Part shown: positions 41,752 to 51,433 of the stretch, one piece after another
Numbering within the stretch: the first letter of the stretch is position 1
Layout: each line of letters opens with the position of its first letter
From: Pseudomonadota bacterium
GTDB lineage: Bacteria; Pseudomonadota; Gammaproteobacteria; Burkholderiales; Burkholderiaceae_C
Reading direction: 5' to 3'
Length of the DNA stretch: 64,000 nt
Assembly: GCA_963205115.1 (NCBI GenBank)
Contig: CAUJHV010000045.1
Coordinates: 72,259 to 136,258, forward strand
Made by a program: the position numbers and the translations under genes
Notes under the pieces: model-generated
Database searches by the model: none
What the model saw: the letters and a program-made list of their open reading frames with translations, nothing else
Told to the model about the DNA's origin: nothing

Positions 41752-42578
41752 TCCAGCGCCTCCCAGGCGCCGCGTACATAGGCCGCGCTGGCGGCCGCGC
41801 AGGCCAGCGGTTCGGGGTGGTAATCGAAGGGCTCCAGCGCGATCCACCCGGCGTAATCGGTGTCGTGCAGCGCATGCAGCACAGGCACCACAGGCGTGTC
41901 GCCTTGGCCGGGGCCGCGGCGGTTGCGGTCGTTGAGCTGCACGTGCGCGATGTGGCCTTGCGCGAGGTGGCGCGCCAGCACGACGGCCGGCGGCTCGGCT
42001 TCGGTCTGCGCGGCTGAGCTGAGGTCGAACATCGTGCGCAGCGCCGGCGAGGCGATCGCATCGACGATGGCGCCGGCCTCGGCCAGCGTGTTGACCACCG
42101 GCGTCTCGGCGCGCGACAGTGGCTCGATGCAATACACCACGCCCGCCGCCGCAGCCGCGTGGGCCAGCGTGGACCATGCGTCGATGCTGCGCGCGCGGGC
42201 ATCTTCCAGGCTCTGGCCGGGCTGCGGCGAGCGCTGCGCGGGCGAGCCGTGCACCAGCACGGGCGCGCCGCAGGCGGCGGCAAGGCCGATCAGCCGTTGC
42301 AGCAAGTCGAGTGTTCGAGCCCGGATGCCTGCGTCGGGTGTAGCGATCGACAGGCCTGCCGGCGCCACCAGCAGCCAGTGCAGGCTGCTGATCGACAGGC
42401 CCTCGCGCGCGGCGACCTCGCGCAGTTCGGTCGCACGCTGTTCGTCCAGATCGAAGGGATCGGCAGCCAGCGTGAACGGCGCCAGCTCCAGCCCATGGCA
42501 GCCGATGGCTGCGGCGGCTGCGCATTGCGCCTCGAAGGACAGGTGCCGCAGCACCTCGTTGCACAGCGACAGCTTCAT
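41748..42578 (-). CDS. Sugar phosphate isomerase/epimerase (ketose 3-epimerase-like)
   Basis: LSLCNE, IEPL, MFD, HVQLND, GPGQG, LEPF. Confidence 0.85.
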   Translation of the reverse strand: MKLSLCNEVLRHLSFEAQCAAAAAIGCHGLELAPFTLAADPFDLDEQRATELREVAAREGLSISSLHWLLVAPAGLSIATPDAGIRARTLDLLQRLIGLAAACGAPVLVHGSPAQRSPQPGQSLEDARARSIDAWSTLAHAAAAAGVVYCIEPLSRAETPVVNTLAEAGAIVDAIASPALRTMFDLSSAAQTEAEPPAVVLARHLAQGHIAHVQLNDRNRRGPGQGDTPVVPVLHALHDTDYAGWIALEPFDYHPEPLACAAASAAYVRGAWEALE

Positions 42579-44074
42579 GCCGGTGCAGCGCCGGCGCGCT
42601 TCTCGCGGTGCAGGCTCCACAGCTTCCAGCCCACCGAGGCGACGATCAGCGCCGCGAGTGCGCCGGAGATCGGGCGGGTGAAAAACGGCACCAGGCTGCC
42701 GTCCGACAGCACCAGCGCGCGCCGCAGGTTTTTCTCCAGCAGGTCACCCAGCACGATGCCCAGCACCAGCGGGGCCATCGGGTAGCCCCAGTGGCGCAAA
42801 ACGAAGCCGCCGAAGCCGAAAGCCAGCATCACCCACACGTCGAACAGCCGGCCGCTGATGGCAAAGCTGCCCACCGCGCACAGCACGAAGATGACCGGCA
42901 CGATCAGGTGCTGCGGCACACGCAGCACCTGCACCAGCAGCCGCGTGAGCGTCAGGCCGTAGATCAGGATGCCGATGGTCGCGAAGAGCATCATCGCCAC
43001 GACCTCGTAGACGAACATCGGGTTCTCCACCATGATCAGCGGACCGGGCTTGACGCCGTGGATGATCATCGCGGCCATCAGCACCGCGGCGGGCGCCGAG
43101 CCCGGAATGGCCAGTGTCAGCACCGGAATGACGGCGCCCGGCACGCAGGCGTTGTCGCCGGTTTCTGCCGCCATCAGGCCCTCGATCGAGCCCTTGCCGA
43201 ATTCTTCCGGCGTCTTGCTGGCGCGCTTGGCCGCGGCATAGGACGACCAGGCCGCTACGTCCTCGCCCACGCCAGGCACGATGCCCACGCCGGTGCCGAT
43301 CAGGCCCGAGCGCAGGATGGTGCGCCAGTGCTGCGTGACATCGCGCAGCCGCGGAATGACGGTGTCGAAGGGGTTGATCTTCACGGGGTCCTGGCGCGTG
43401 CGCATGGCCGTGAGCAACTCGGCAAAACCGAAGGCGCCCACCAGCGCCGGCACCAGCTGGATGCCGCCGGCCAGGTCACGCACGCCGAAGGCAAAGCGCT
43501 CGTAGGCGTACTGCGGCTCCTGGCCGATGGTGGCCACCATCAGGCCGACCACACCCGCGATCCAACCCTTGAGCGGGTCGTCGCCGGTCAGCGTGCCGGC
43601 GATCAGCACGCCGAAGAGCGCGAGCCAGAAAAATTCGTAGGCGCCGAATTTCAACGCCAGGTTGCCCAGCACCGGTGTGAAGCCGGCCAGGAAGACCATG
43701 CCGATCAAGGTGCCCAGCACCGAGCCCGAGGTGGCGATGCCCATCGCACGCCCGGCCAGACCCTGGCGCGCCAGGGCATAACCGTCCAGACAACTGGCGG
43801 CCGAGGCCGGCGTGCCCGGGATGTTGAGCAGGATGGCCGAACGTGAGCCGCCGTAGATGGCGCCGACGTAGGTGCAGATCAGGATCAGCAGCGCCTGGTC
43901 CGGCGGCAGCTTGATGGTCAGCGTGGTCATCAAGGCCAGGCCCATGGTGGCCGTCAGGCCGGGCAGGGCACCGATGATCACGCCCACCAGCGAGGCCAGC
44001 AGGGCCAGGCTGATGACCATCGGCGACGAGAAGTGCGCGATGGCCTGGCCGAACAGGATGAGGCCTTCAAACAT
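42575..44074 (-). CDS. tctA: TTT transporter large permease TctA
   Basis: GALPGLTATM, YGGSRSAILLNIPGTPAS, ETGDNA, LAIPGS. Confidence 0.93.
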   Translation of the reverse strand: MFEGLILFGQAIAHFSSPMVISLALLASLVGVIIGALPGLTATMGLALMTTLTIKLPPDQALLILICTYVGAIYGGSRSAILLNIPGTPASAASCLDGYALARQGLAGRAMGIATSGSVLGTLIGMVFLAGFTPVLGNLALKFGAYEFFWLALFGVLIAGTLTGDDPLKGWIAGVVGLMVATIGQEPQYAYERFAFGVRDLAGGIQLVPALVGAFGFAELLTAMRTRQDPVKINPFDTVIPRLRDVTQHWRTILRSGLIGTGVGIVPGVGEDVAAWSSYAAAKRASKTPEEFGKGSIEGLMAAETGDNACVPGAVIPVLTLAIPGSAPAAVLMAAMIIHGVKPGPLIMVENPMFVYEVVAMMLFATIGILIYGLTLTRLLVQVLRVPQHLIVPVIFVLCAVGSFAISGRLFDVWVMLAFGFGGFVLRHWGYPMAPLVLGIVLGDLLEKNLRRALVLSDGSLVPFFTRPISGALAALIVASVGWKLWSLHREKRAGAAPA

Positions 44075-44101
44075 CGACGGGGGCTCGGGCTTGACGGCGG
44101 C

Positions 44102-44572
44102 TCAGGGCAACCGCACGAGGAAGATGCGCTCGAACACGAGCACCACGACGATGGCGCATCCCACGCCCAGCAGCAGCGCGGTGCGCGCCCGCGGCCAGCC
44201 GGGCGGCCGTTCGTCGAAAAGCCAGCAGAAGGCCGCCACGAAGACCGCCGTCAACGGCCCGAAGGGCAGCCGCCCCAGGGCCAGCGCGGCGTAGGCCAGG
44301 CTGAGCACCAGCATGCGCAGGATGCGCTGGTTCAGCAGCGGCTCGCGGCCAGCCTCGGCGGGTGCCTGGCGGCCGCGCCAGGCCAGCGCAGCGCCCAGCA
44401 GCAACAGCAACAGGCCGTAGATGCCCGGCACGAGGCCCGGCGCGGTGTAGAGCGACGCGCCCATGGACTCGAACCGGTCCATGCGCCACGCGCCGACCAG
44501 CATCGCCAGGCCCAGCGCCATCCAGGTGGTGCCGCCGGCCAGGTCGGTGCGGCTTGCGGGAGAAGTGGCCAC
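44102..44572 (-). CDS. tctB: TTT transporter small permease TctB
   Basis: Four TM segments, C-terminal VFERIFLVRLP, located between tctC and tctA. Confidence 0.85.
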   Translation of the reverse strand: MATSPASRTDLAGGTTWMALGLAMLVGAWRMDRFESMGASLYTAPGLVPGIYGLLLLLLGAALAWRGRQAPAEAGREPLLNQRILRMLVLSLAYAALALGRLPFGPLTAVFVAAFCWLFDERPPGWPRARTALLLGVGCAIVVVLVFERIFLVRLP

Positions 44573-44605
44573 CGCAGCGGACTTCCTGGCGCGTGCGCGG
44601 CGGGT

Positions 44606-45592
44606 TCAGGGCTTGGGAATGCCGACGGTATCCGGCGAGACCTTGGCCTTGCCGGCGGCTTGCTGGGTCCACGCGTAGGTCTGGATCGCCGGGAAGACGG
44701 CCGCCTGGGCGGCATCACCGGCCATCGGCGCAAACAGCGCGCCGCGGCCCTGGGCGTACTTGCGCAGCGCCTCGTTGCTGGCCATCTGCGCGCCCCACAC
44801 GCGGTCCAGCGTGGCGGTCACTTCGGCGGGCACGCCGCGCGGCACGAACAGGCCGAAATAGTTGATCGGGTCCTTGAAGCCGCTGATGAACTGCGACAGC
44901 GGCGGCACGGTGCCGAAGCCTTCGATCTCCAGCGGCTTGTCGCCCACCACCGCCAGCGGGCGGATCTTCTTGGCGCGGATCATGTCGGTCTGCTCGGCCG
45001 CCAGCTGCGTGGTGACCTGCGTTTCGCCCGAAACGGTGGCCACCACGGCCGGGTTGCCGCCGTCGTAGGTGACGTGCTTGTAGCTGACGCCCGCCGCACG
45101 CGCGATGGCCTCGATGGCCGCATGGCCGCTGCTGTTGACGCCGGCCGTGGCCACGGGGATGGCGCCGGGTTTGGCCTTCATCGCGGCGAGCAGCTCCGCC
45201 ATGGTCTTGTACGGCGTATCCGCATTCACGCCGACCACGGCGATGTGCGCGACGTTGAGGTACAGGTGCCAGTCCTTGACGCCCGTGTCCACCATGCCCA
45301 GCACGCGGTAGGTGCCCAGGTCCTTGGCGGCACCGGCCGTCCAGGTGTAGCCGTCCTTGGGCGCTTCCATCGCATTCTTGGTGCCCACCGAGCCTGATGC
45401 GCCGGGCTGGTTCAGGATGACGATCTTCTGGTTGAGTGCCTTTTCCAGCTCGGCCGCGGTGACGCGGGTGACCTGGTCGGTGCTGCCGCCGGCAGCCCAG
45501 GGCACGATGATGGTGATCGGCTTGCTGGGTTGCCATTGGGCATGGGCCGAGGCCGTGACGAGCAGGGCCAGCGCGGGCAGGGCGTGTCGCAT
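44606..45592 (-). CDS. tctC: TTT substrate-binding protein TctC
   Basis: Signal peptide, VPWAAGGSTD, NQPGASG, YDGG. Confidence 0.9.
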   Translation of the reverse strand: MRHALPALALLVTASAHAQWQPSKPITIIVPWAAGGSTDQVTRVTAAELEKALNQKIVILNQPGASGSVGTKNAMEAPKDGYTWTAGAAKDLGTYRVLGMVDTGVKDWHLYLNVAHIAVVGVNADTPYKTMAELLAAMKAKPGAIPVATAGVNSSGHAAIEAIARAAGVSYKHVTYDGGNPAVVATVSGETQVTTQLAAEQTDMIRAKKIRPLAVVGDKPLEIEGFGTVPPLSQFISGFKDPINYFGLFVPRGVPAEVTATLDRVWGAQMASNEALRKYAQGRGALFAPMAGDAAQAAVFPAIQTYAWTQQAAGKAKVSPDTVGIPKP

Positions 45593-45651
45593 GGGAAGTC
45601 TCCGTCGTTTATTCACCGTAACGGGAATTGTTTGACCCGAAACCAGCGATG

Positions 45652-46338
45652 TCAATCGTGGGCGCTCGGCGCATCCCTCAGGACATACCCGAGGATCACC
45701 TCGCAGATGTGCGACAGGCGCTCGGCGCGCGCGCGGGTGGACAGCAGGTTGCGCCCGAAGATCGCCGACAGCGTGTGGCTGTTGCCCAGGTAGAAATAGG
45801 CCAGGCTGGCGATCGAGATGTACAGCTGCATCGGGTCGACACCGCCGCGGAAGCTGCCGTCGCGGCGCCCGCGCTCGAGCACCTCGCCCAGCGCCGCGAT
45901 TAGCGGGCTGTTGAGCACCCGCGCACGCTCGCTGCCTTCAAGGTGGCGGCCGCGGTGCAGGTTGGCGGTATTGAGCAGCGTCAGGAATTCCGGGTGCGCG
46001 AGGAAGTAGTCCCAGGTGAAGGTGGTCAGCACGCGCAGCGCCTCGGCCGGCGGCAGATCGCCCAGGCGGAGCTGGCGCTCGGCTTCGCGGATGCCGCGGT
46101 AGGCCTCCTCCAGCACGGCCTGGAAGAGCTTGTCCTTGTTTTCGAAGTAGTAGTAGATGAGCTTCTTGTCGACGGCTGCGCGCTCGGCGATGCGGTCCAT
46201 GCGCGCGCCGCCCAGCCCGTGTTCGTGGAACTCGTCGCGCGCGGCCGTGAGGATGGCCTGCTGCGAGCGGTCGGCGTCGCGGCCGCGGGGTTCGGCGGGG
46301 GCCGTGGCTGTGGTGGCGGTGGCGGCTGGGCGTGGCAT
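45652..46338 (-). CDS. TetR family regulator (NicS/RutR-like)
   Basis: GARMDRIAERAAVDKKLIYYYFENK HTH; LYISIASLAYFYLGNSHTLS C-domain. Confidence 0.9.
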   Translation of the reverse strand: MPRPAATATTATAPAEPRGRDADRSQQAILTAARDEFHEHGLGGARMDRIAERAAVDKKLIYYYFENKDKLFQAVLEEAYRGIREAERQLRLGDLPPAEALRVLTTFTWDYFLAHPEFLTLLNTANLHRGRHLEGSERARVLNSPLIAALGEVLERGRRDGSFRGGVDPMQLYISIASLAYFYLGNSHTLSAIFGRNLLSTRARAERLSHICEVILGYVLRDAPSAHD

Positions 46339-46478
46339 CGGCGAATGATTCACGGTTTGGTGAATTGATGCAAGTGGACCGTCCCCGGGGCGCCCCCGCG
46401 TCGCAGTCTCCCGGCTGCAACGGTGGGCGTCATGCGGCATGCCGGCCATGGCCCCGCAAGCCCGCTACAGTGAAGCCC

Positions 46479-48197
46479 ATGCACACGACACCGACGGCCC
46501 CGCGACTGGCCGGCCACGCCCTCGTCGAGGCCCTGATCGCCCAGGGTGTCGACACCTGCTTCGGCGTGCCGGGCGAGAGCTTTCTGGCCGTGCTGGATGG
46601 CTTCCACGAATACCGCGAGCAGATCCGCTTCATCGCGGCCCGCCAGGATGGCGGCGCGGCTTTCATGGCCGAGGCGCAAGGCAAGCTCGATGGCCGTCCG
46701 GGCATCTGCTTCGTCACACGCGGGCCGGGCGCGGCGAATGCCAGCATCGGCATCCACAACGCCTTCCAGGACTCCACGCCGATGATCGTCTTCATCGGCC
46801 AGGTGGCCAGCGACCAGCGCGACCGCGAGGCCTTCCAGGAGGTCGACTACCGCCAGATGCTGGGCCCGGGCACGCTGGGGATGGCCAAGTGGGTGGCCGA
46901 GGTCGAGCGCGCCGACCGCCTGCCGGAATATGTGGCCCGCGCCTTCCACACGGCCATGCAGGGCCGCCCGGGGCCCGTTGTGCTGGTGCTGCCCGAGGAC
47001 ATGCTGACCACGCCGATCACCACGCCGGTGCTGCCGCGCGTGAAGCCCGCGCAGGCCTGGCCCGCGCCCGGCGCCCTGCGCGATCTGCGTGCGCTGCTGA
47101 TGCAGGCGAAGCAGCCCTTCGTGATCGCCGGCGGCAGCGGCTGGACGGGCGAATCGGTCGCCGCGCTGCAGCGTTTCGCCGAGAACTGGCACCTGCCGGT
47201 GGGCTGCGGTTTCCGCTTCCAGGACACCTTCGACAACCGCCACCCGCTGTATGCGGGCGACGTGGGCATCGGCATCAATCCCAAGCTGGCGCAGCGCATC
47301 CGCGACGCCGACCTGGTGCTGGCCATCGGCGTGCGCCTGGGCGAGATGACGACCTCGGGCTACACGCTGCTGGAGCCGCCGCGCCCGCGCCAGACGCTGG
47401 TGCACCTGCACGCCGGCGCCGAGGAACTGGGCCGCGTCTATGCGGCCGACCTGCTGCTGCAATGTTCGCTGGCCGGCGCCGGCAAGGCCCTGGAGACCCT
47501 GGCCGCACCGCCGCAAGTGCCCTGGGGCGAATGGGCCGATGCCGCGAATGCGGATTACCGCGCCAACCAGGTGGCCCCGGTGGTGGAACCGCTGGACATG
47601 GCCGAGGTCATGAAGACCGTGCAGCGCCTGTCTCCCGACGACACGATCTACGCCAACGGCGCCGGCAATTTCAGCGGCTGGCTGCACCGCTACGTGGCCT
47701 ATCCCGGTCTGCAGCACCACGGCCGCACGCAACTGGCCTGCACCTCGGGTGCGATGGGCTACGGCGTGCCGGCAGCCGTGGCCGCGGCGCTGCTGCAACC
47801 CACGCGCACGGTGATCAACGTGGCCGGTGACGGCGACTTCCTGATGACGGGCCAGGAGCTCGCCACGGCCAAGGCCTATGGCGCGCAGCGGCTGATCGTC
47901 ATCGTCGTCGACAACGGCACCTACGGCACCATCCGCATGCACCAGGAGCGCGAGTTTCCCGGGCGTGTCAGCGGCAGTGACCTGGCCAACCCGGACTTCG
48001 CCGCGCTGGCGCGTGCCTACGGCTGGGGCGCGTCACACGTGGCGCGCACGGCCGATTTCGAACCCGCCTTCCGTGCCGCGCTCGACAGCGGCCAGCCGCA
48101 CCTCATCCACCTGACGCTGGACACCGACGTCATCACGTCCCGCACGACGCTGGGCGCGATCCGCGCGGCGGCGCTGCAGCGCCAGGCACGAACCTGA
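46479..48197 (+). CDS. Thiamine-diphosphate-dependent enzyme (acetolactate synthase-like)
   Basis: FGVPGES, TRGPG, GAMGYG, GDGDFLM...NG.YGTIR ThDP motif. Confidence 0.9.
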   Translation: MHTTPTAPRLAGHALVEALIAQGVDTCFGVPGESFLAVLDGFHEYREQIRFIAARQDGGAAFMAEAQGKLDGRPGICFVTRGPGAANASIGIHNAFQDSTPMIVFIGQVASDQRDREAFQEVDYRQMLGPGTLGMAKWVAEVERADRLPEYVARAFHTAMQGRPGPVVLVLPEDMLTTPITTPVLPRVKPAQAWPAPGALRDLRALLMQAKQPFVIAGGSGWTGESVAALQRFAENWHLPVGCGFRFQDTFDNRHPLYAGDVGIGINPKLAQRIRDADLVLAIGVRLGEMTTSGYTLLEPPRPRQTLVHLHAGAEELGRVYAADLLLQCSLAGAGKALETLAAPPQVPWGEWADAANADYRANQVAPVVEPLDMAEVMKTVQRLSPDDTIYANGAGNFSGWLHRYVAYPGLQHHGRTQLACTSGAMGYGVPAAVAAALLQPTRTVINVAGDGDFLMTGQELATAKAYGAQRLIVIVVDNGTYGTIRMHQEREFPGRVSGSDLANPDFAALARAYGWGASHVARTADFEPAFRAALDSGQPHLIHLTLDTDVITSRTTLGAIRAAALQRQART

Positions 48198-48222
48198 ATC
48201 CTCCATCGACACCCGACACATC

Positions 48223-48723
48223 ATGTCCGACAAACTTCCCGCCACCTGTGACCTCTGCGACCAGCACAAAGCCGACCGCAGCGGCCGATTCCGCGTGTTG
48301 CCGCCCGCCTTCAAGGCCTACGGCGGCCGCGGGCACTTCGGCGGCCCGGTGGTCACCGTCAAGTGCTTCGAGGACAACACCGTCGTGAAGGCGGCGCTGG
48401 AGTCCGCCGGCGAAGGCCGCGTGCTCGTGGTCGACGGTGGCGGCTCGCTGCGCCGGGCGCTGGTGGGCGGCAATATCGCGGCCGCGGCGGCGCGCAACGG
48501 CTGGGCCGGCGTGGTCATCGACGGCTGCGTCCGCGACCTGGCGGAGCTGAATGCCTGCGACGTGGGCATCCGCGCGCTGGGCCTGATGCCGCTGCCCACC
48601 GAACGCCGCGGCGAAGGCCAGCGCGACCTGCCGGTGCAGATCCAGGGCGTCACCGTGTCGCCCGGTGACTGGCTCTATGCCGACGACGACGGCATCGTCG
48701 TGATGCCCGAACGCGCGAGCTGA
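48223..48723 (+). CDS. rraA: RraA family protein (RNase E regulator / HMG-aldolase-like)
   Basis: TCDLCD, VKCFEDN, VDGGGS, GCVRD, ADDDG. Confidence 0.88.
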   Translation: MSDKLPATCDLCDQHKADRSGRFRVLPPAFKAYGGRGHFGGPVVTVKCFEDNTVVKAALESAGEGRVLVVDGGGSLRRALVGGNIAAAAARNGWAGVVIDGCVRDLAELNACDVGIRALGLMPLPTERRGEGQRDLPVQIQGVTVSPGDWLYADDDGIVVMPERAS

Positions 48724-48778
48724 GCGGCGGCACGCGACGCATCGCACCTGGCCCGCGCCCACGCACCCTTCATCCGAC

Positions 48779-49312
48779 ATGCCTTCGAGTCGCCAACCTG
48801 CCCGCGAACTGTCCACCTGGACGGTGGTGCCCACCGGTGCGCAGGCCCAGGGCGTCGCGCGGCAGTGCCGGCGGCTGGTCACCAAGCGTGCGCTGCTGGC
48901 CGCGGGGGTGGCGATGGTGCCGATCCCGGGGCTGGACTGGCTCACCGACGTGGGCGTGCTGCTGAAGGTGCTGCCGGAGATCAACCAGGCTTTCGGGCTG
49001 ACACCCGAGCAGGTGGAGCGGCTGGCGCCCGAACGCCGCATCGTCGTCTACAAGGCGCTGAGCGCCGCCGGCGGCATGCTGGTGGGCCGCGTCATCACGC
49101 AGCAGCTGGTGCTGTCGGTGCTCAAGACAGTCGGCATCCGGCTGACGACGCAACAGGCGGCCAAGTTTGTGCCCGTGGCCGGGCAGGCGGTATCTGCCGC
49201 GCTGACCTTCAGTGCGCTGAAGTACGTCTGCGACCTGCACATCCGGCAGTGCGTGGCCATCTGCGAGCAGCTGGATCTGCCGCCCTCGCGGCCGGCCGAC
49301 GTGGTGGGCTGA
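48779..49312 (+). CDS. Conserved hypothetical protein (DUF697/EcsC-like helical)
   Basis: VPIPGLD..D motif, KFVPVAGQAVSA; host-like codon usage. Confidence 0.65.
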   Translation: MPSSRQPARELSTWTVVPTGAQAQGVARQCRRLVTKRALLAAGVAMVPIPGLDWLTDVGVLLKVLPEINQAFGLTPEQVERLAPERRIVVYKALSAAGGMLVGRVITQQLVLSVLKTVGIRLTTQQAAKFVPVAGQAVSAALTFSALKYVCDLHIRQCVAICEQLDLPPSRPADVVG

Positions 49313-49595
49313 CGCCCGGCCTATTGGGCTGGCAGGGCGCGTTCCGGGTTTGACGCCGGCCGCCCGCCGCGCTCAGCCGCGCGCGGCGACCACGCCGGCG
49401 GCGTCGCATCTGCGCGCCGGGGGTGCCAGGCCCACGCTGGCCAGCAGGTCCCAGACGGCCGCTTGCAGTTGCGCTGCCCGCAACAGCTCGCCGAGTACCG
49501 CGCGCATCTCGTCCTGTCCGGGGTCAGAAATCCTCCATCCGCCAGGACGCAGCCTCACTAAAATATCTCAAACTACCCATTCCGGATTCACGACG

Positions 49596-50249
49596 ATGTC
49601 TCGCTCCATTAGACCGGCGACGCCGGAAGATGCCCCGTTTCTGGCTGAAATGATTCAGGAATCAACGATGCCGATCGTGGGCCGCGGCTTGTTCGACGAA
49701 ATCCTGGAGGATCTCGAAGTCGAACCGCTCACGTTCATTCAGGCCATGCTGTTGACTGGCGCGAGTAATTGGGGCCAGATCGAAAGCTTCCTGATGGTGG
49801 AGGAGGACGGCGAGCCGGCTGGTGCTTGCGCTGCCTTCTTGTCGTCCAACCCGGACTGCCGACCGATCACGCCGCAAGGGCTGGGTTTGGTGACATCACG
49901 CTTGGCGTGGTCCCAAGACCGAAGTCGAAACTTCTGGAAAAAATACGTGTCCCGGTACGGGATGTTTGGCGATCTGCCGCACTTGCGCCACCCTGCACCG
50001 TATGTTCTCGAATATACAGGCGTCAAATCCGAAAAGCGAGGGCAAGGCCTGCTCCATCTGCTGCTCGACGCTCATGCCCGTCGAGCGCGCGAAGCCGGCC
50101 ACCGAGCCATGGCAGTATCTGCGGTCATCGGGAATGAGAGCGCCTTGCGGGGCTATACCAAATTTGGCTTCAGATTTGTTTCCCAATTGGGCCCCGAAAA
50201 GTTCGGGAACAAGCATCCGGGAATGAACCGGTTGATCATGGACTTGTGA
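49596..50249 (+). CDS. GNAT family N-acetyltransferase
   Basis: IRPATPEDA, V.SEKRGQGL motif A, NESALRGYTKFGF. Confidence 0.85.
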   Translation: MSRSIRPATPEDAPFLAEMIQESTMPIVGRGLFDEILEDLEVEPLTFIQAMLLTGASNWGQIESFLMVEEDGEPAGACAAFLSSNPDCRPITPQGLGLVTSRLAWSQDRSRNFWKKYVSRYGMFGDLPHLRHPAPYVLEYTGVKSEKRGQGLLHLLLDAHARRAREAGHRAMAVSAVIGNESALRGYTKFGFRFVSQLGPEKFGNKHPGMNRLIMDL

Positions 50250-50255
50250 ATCGGG

Positions 50256-51419
50256 TCACAGCACCTCGTCCACATAGCGCTCGATCTTGGAGTTCCGCAG
50301 TGTCAGACGCAGGTTCGATACCATCAACGGTGCGCTGAGCGCGTCCCTTACCAATTCGGACAGACTATAAGAACCGTCGAGGGCGTAGCCGCGCATCCCG
50401 ATCAAATCCAGCGCGCCGCGCACAATATCGTTGAGCAGGTCGGCACCAACCACCTTCAGTCGGGCACTGCGCGCCGAAAAGCTCATTCCCTTGACGATAT
50501 CCTGCGAGCGACCCAACTTCTGATACTCGTTGATCGAATCCCGGATGATCGCATTCATCACGTAGTGCTTGTCGATCAACGCACTCATCCTGAATGCGAC
50601 TATGGACGTGGCATCTGATTTTCCTTCTTTGGCCACAGCTCGTTTCAGTCTATCGATAGCCTGCCACGCGATGCCACTCCAAACCGTGGCCCAAAGAATA
50701 TTTACCACGGGAGTCATCGTATCGCGCTGTATCTTGACAAATCCTTCCGAAAAGATTGCCTCAGGATCACAGCGTACGTTCAATTCATAGGCTCTGTTGA
50801 CAATGCCGCGCAAGCCGGTGAGCTGCATCTCAGGGCCCTGCGTAAACTCGATATCCTTGGATTCCGCGGCGATCAGCACCTGCTTCGGCTTGCCTCCCGA
50901 TCGCTTGTCCATCGCGGTAATCAGCACGGCACCGCACAGTTCAAAATAGGAAATTATTGGACAGTCTTTTTTCAGGAGTATCCTTCCGTCTGCGCTCGGA
51001 GCGATTTCGCAAACTGATCCAAATATGTCGCCACCCACACCCTTTTCAGACGTCGCGCTACCGATGAGCAGCTGATCGCGCACCATGCGCTTTTGCAAAT
51101 CATCGAAGAAGGCGGATTGATTGTCATGCTGGACGATGCAATACGCCTGCGACATGTGCATGGCGTAGATGAGTGCGGCTGAAGCGGACACCCTGGCGAT
51201 ATTGAAGTTGATCTTGGCAATCGAATGAAGATCCAAACCGGGACCACCCATCGACGGCGGAACCACGACTGACATCAATCCTTCATTGCGAATGGCATCG
51301 AGAACAGCGTTCGTATAGGGTTTCTCGTTCCCCGAAACGTTCTCCACACTGATAAGTTTGCCCAGATTTCTGGAGGCCTCAATAAACTTTTCGAAAGATG
51401 GGTTCGCGTCAGGTTTCAT
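50256..51419 (-). CDS. Acyl-CoA dehydrogenase-like flavoprotein (likely acting on acyl-ACP)
   Basis: VPPSMGGPG, ASAALIYAMH, SATSE, GLRG, IGMRGY, VRDALSAPLMVSN. Confidence 0.82.
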   Translation of the reverse strand: MKPDANPSFEKFIEASRNLGKLISVENVSGNEKPYTNAVLDAIRNEGLMSVVVPPSMGGPGLDLHSIAKINFNIARVSASAALIYAMHMSQAYCIVQHDNQSAFFDDLQKRMVRDQLLIGSATSEKGVGGDIFGSVCEIAPSADGRILLKKDCPIISYFELCGAVLITAMDKRSGGKPKQVLIAAESKDIEFTQGPEMQLTGLRGIVNRAYELNVRCDPEAIFSEGFVKIQRDTMTPVVNILWATVWSGIAWQAIDRLKRAVAKEGKSDATSIVAFRMSALIDKHYVMNAIIRDSINEYQKLGRSQDIVKGMSFSARSARLKVVGADLLNDIVRGALDLIGMRGYALDGSYSLSELVRDALSAPLMVSNLRLTLRNSKIERYVDEVL

Positions 51420-51433
51420 TTCCAACTCCCTTA

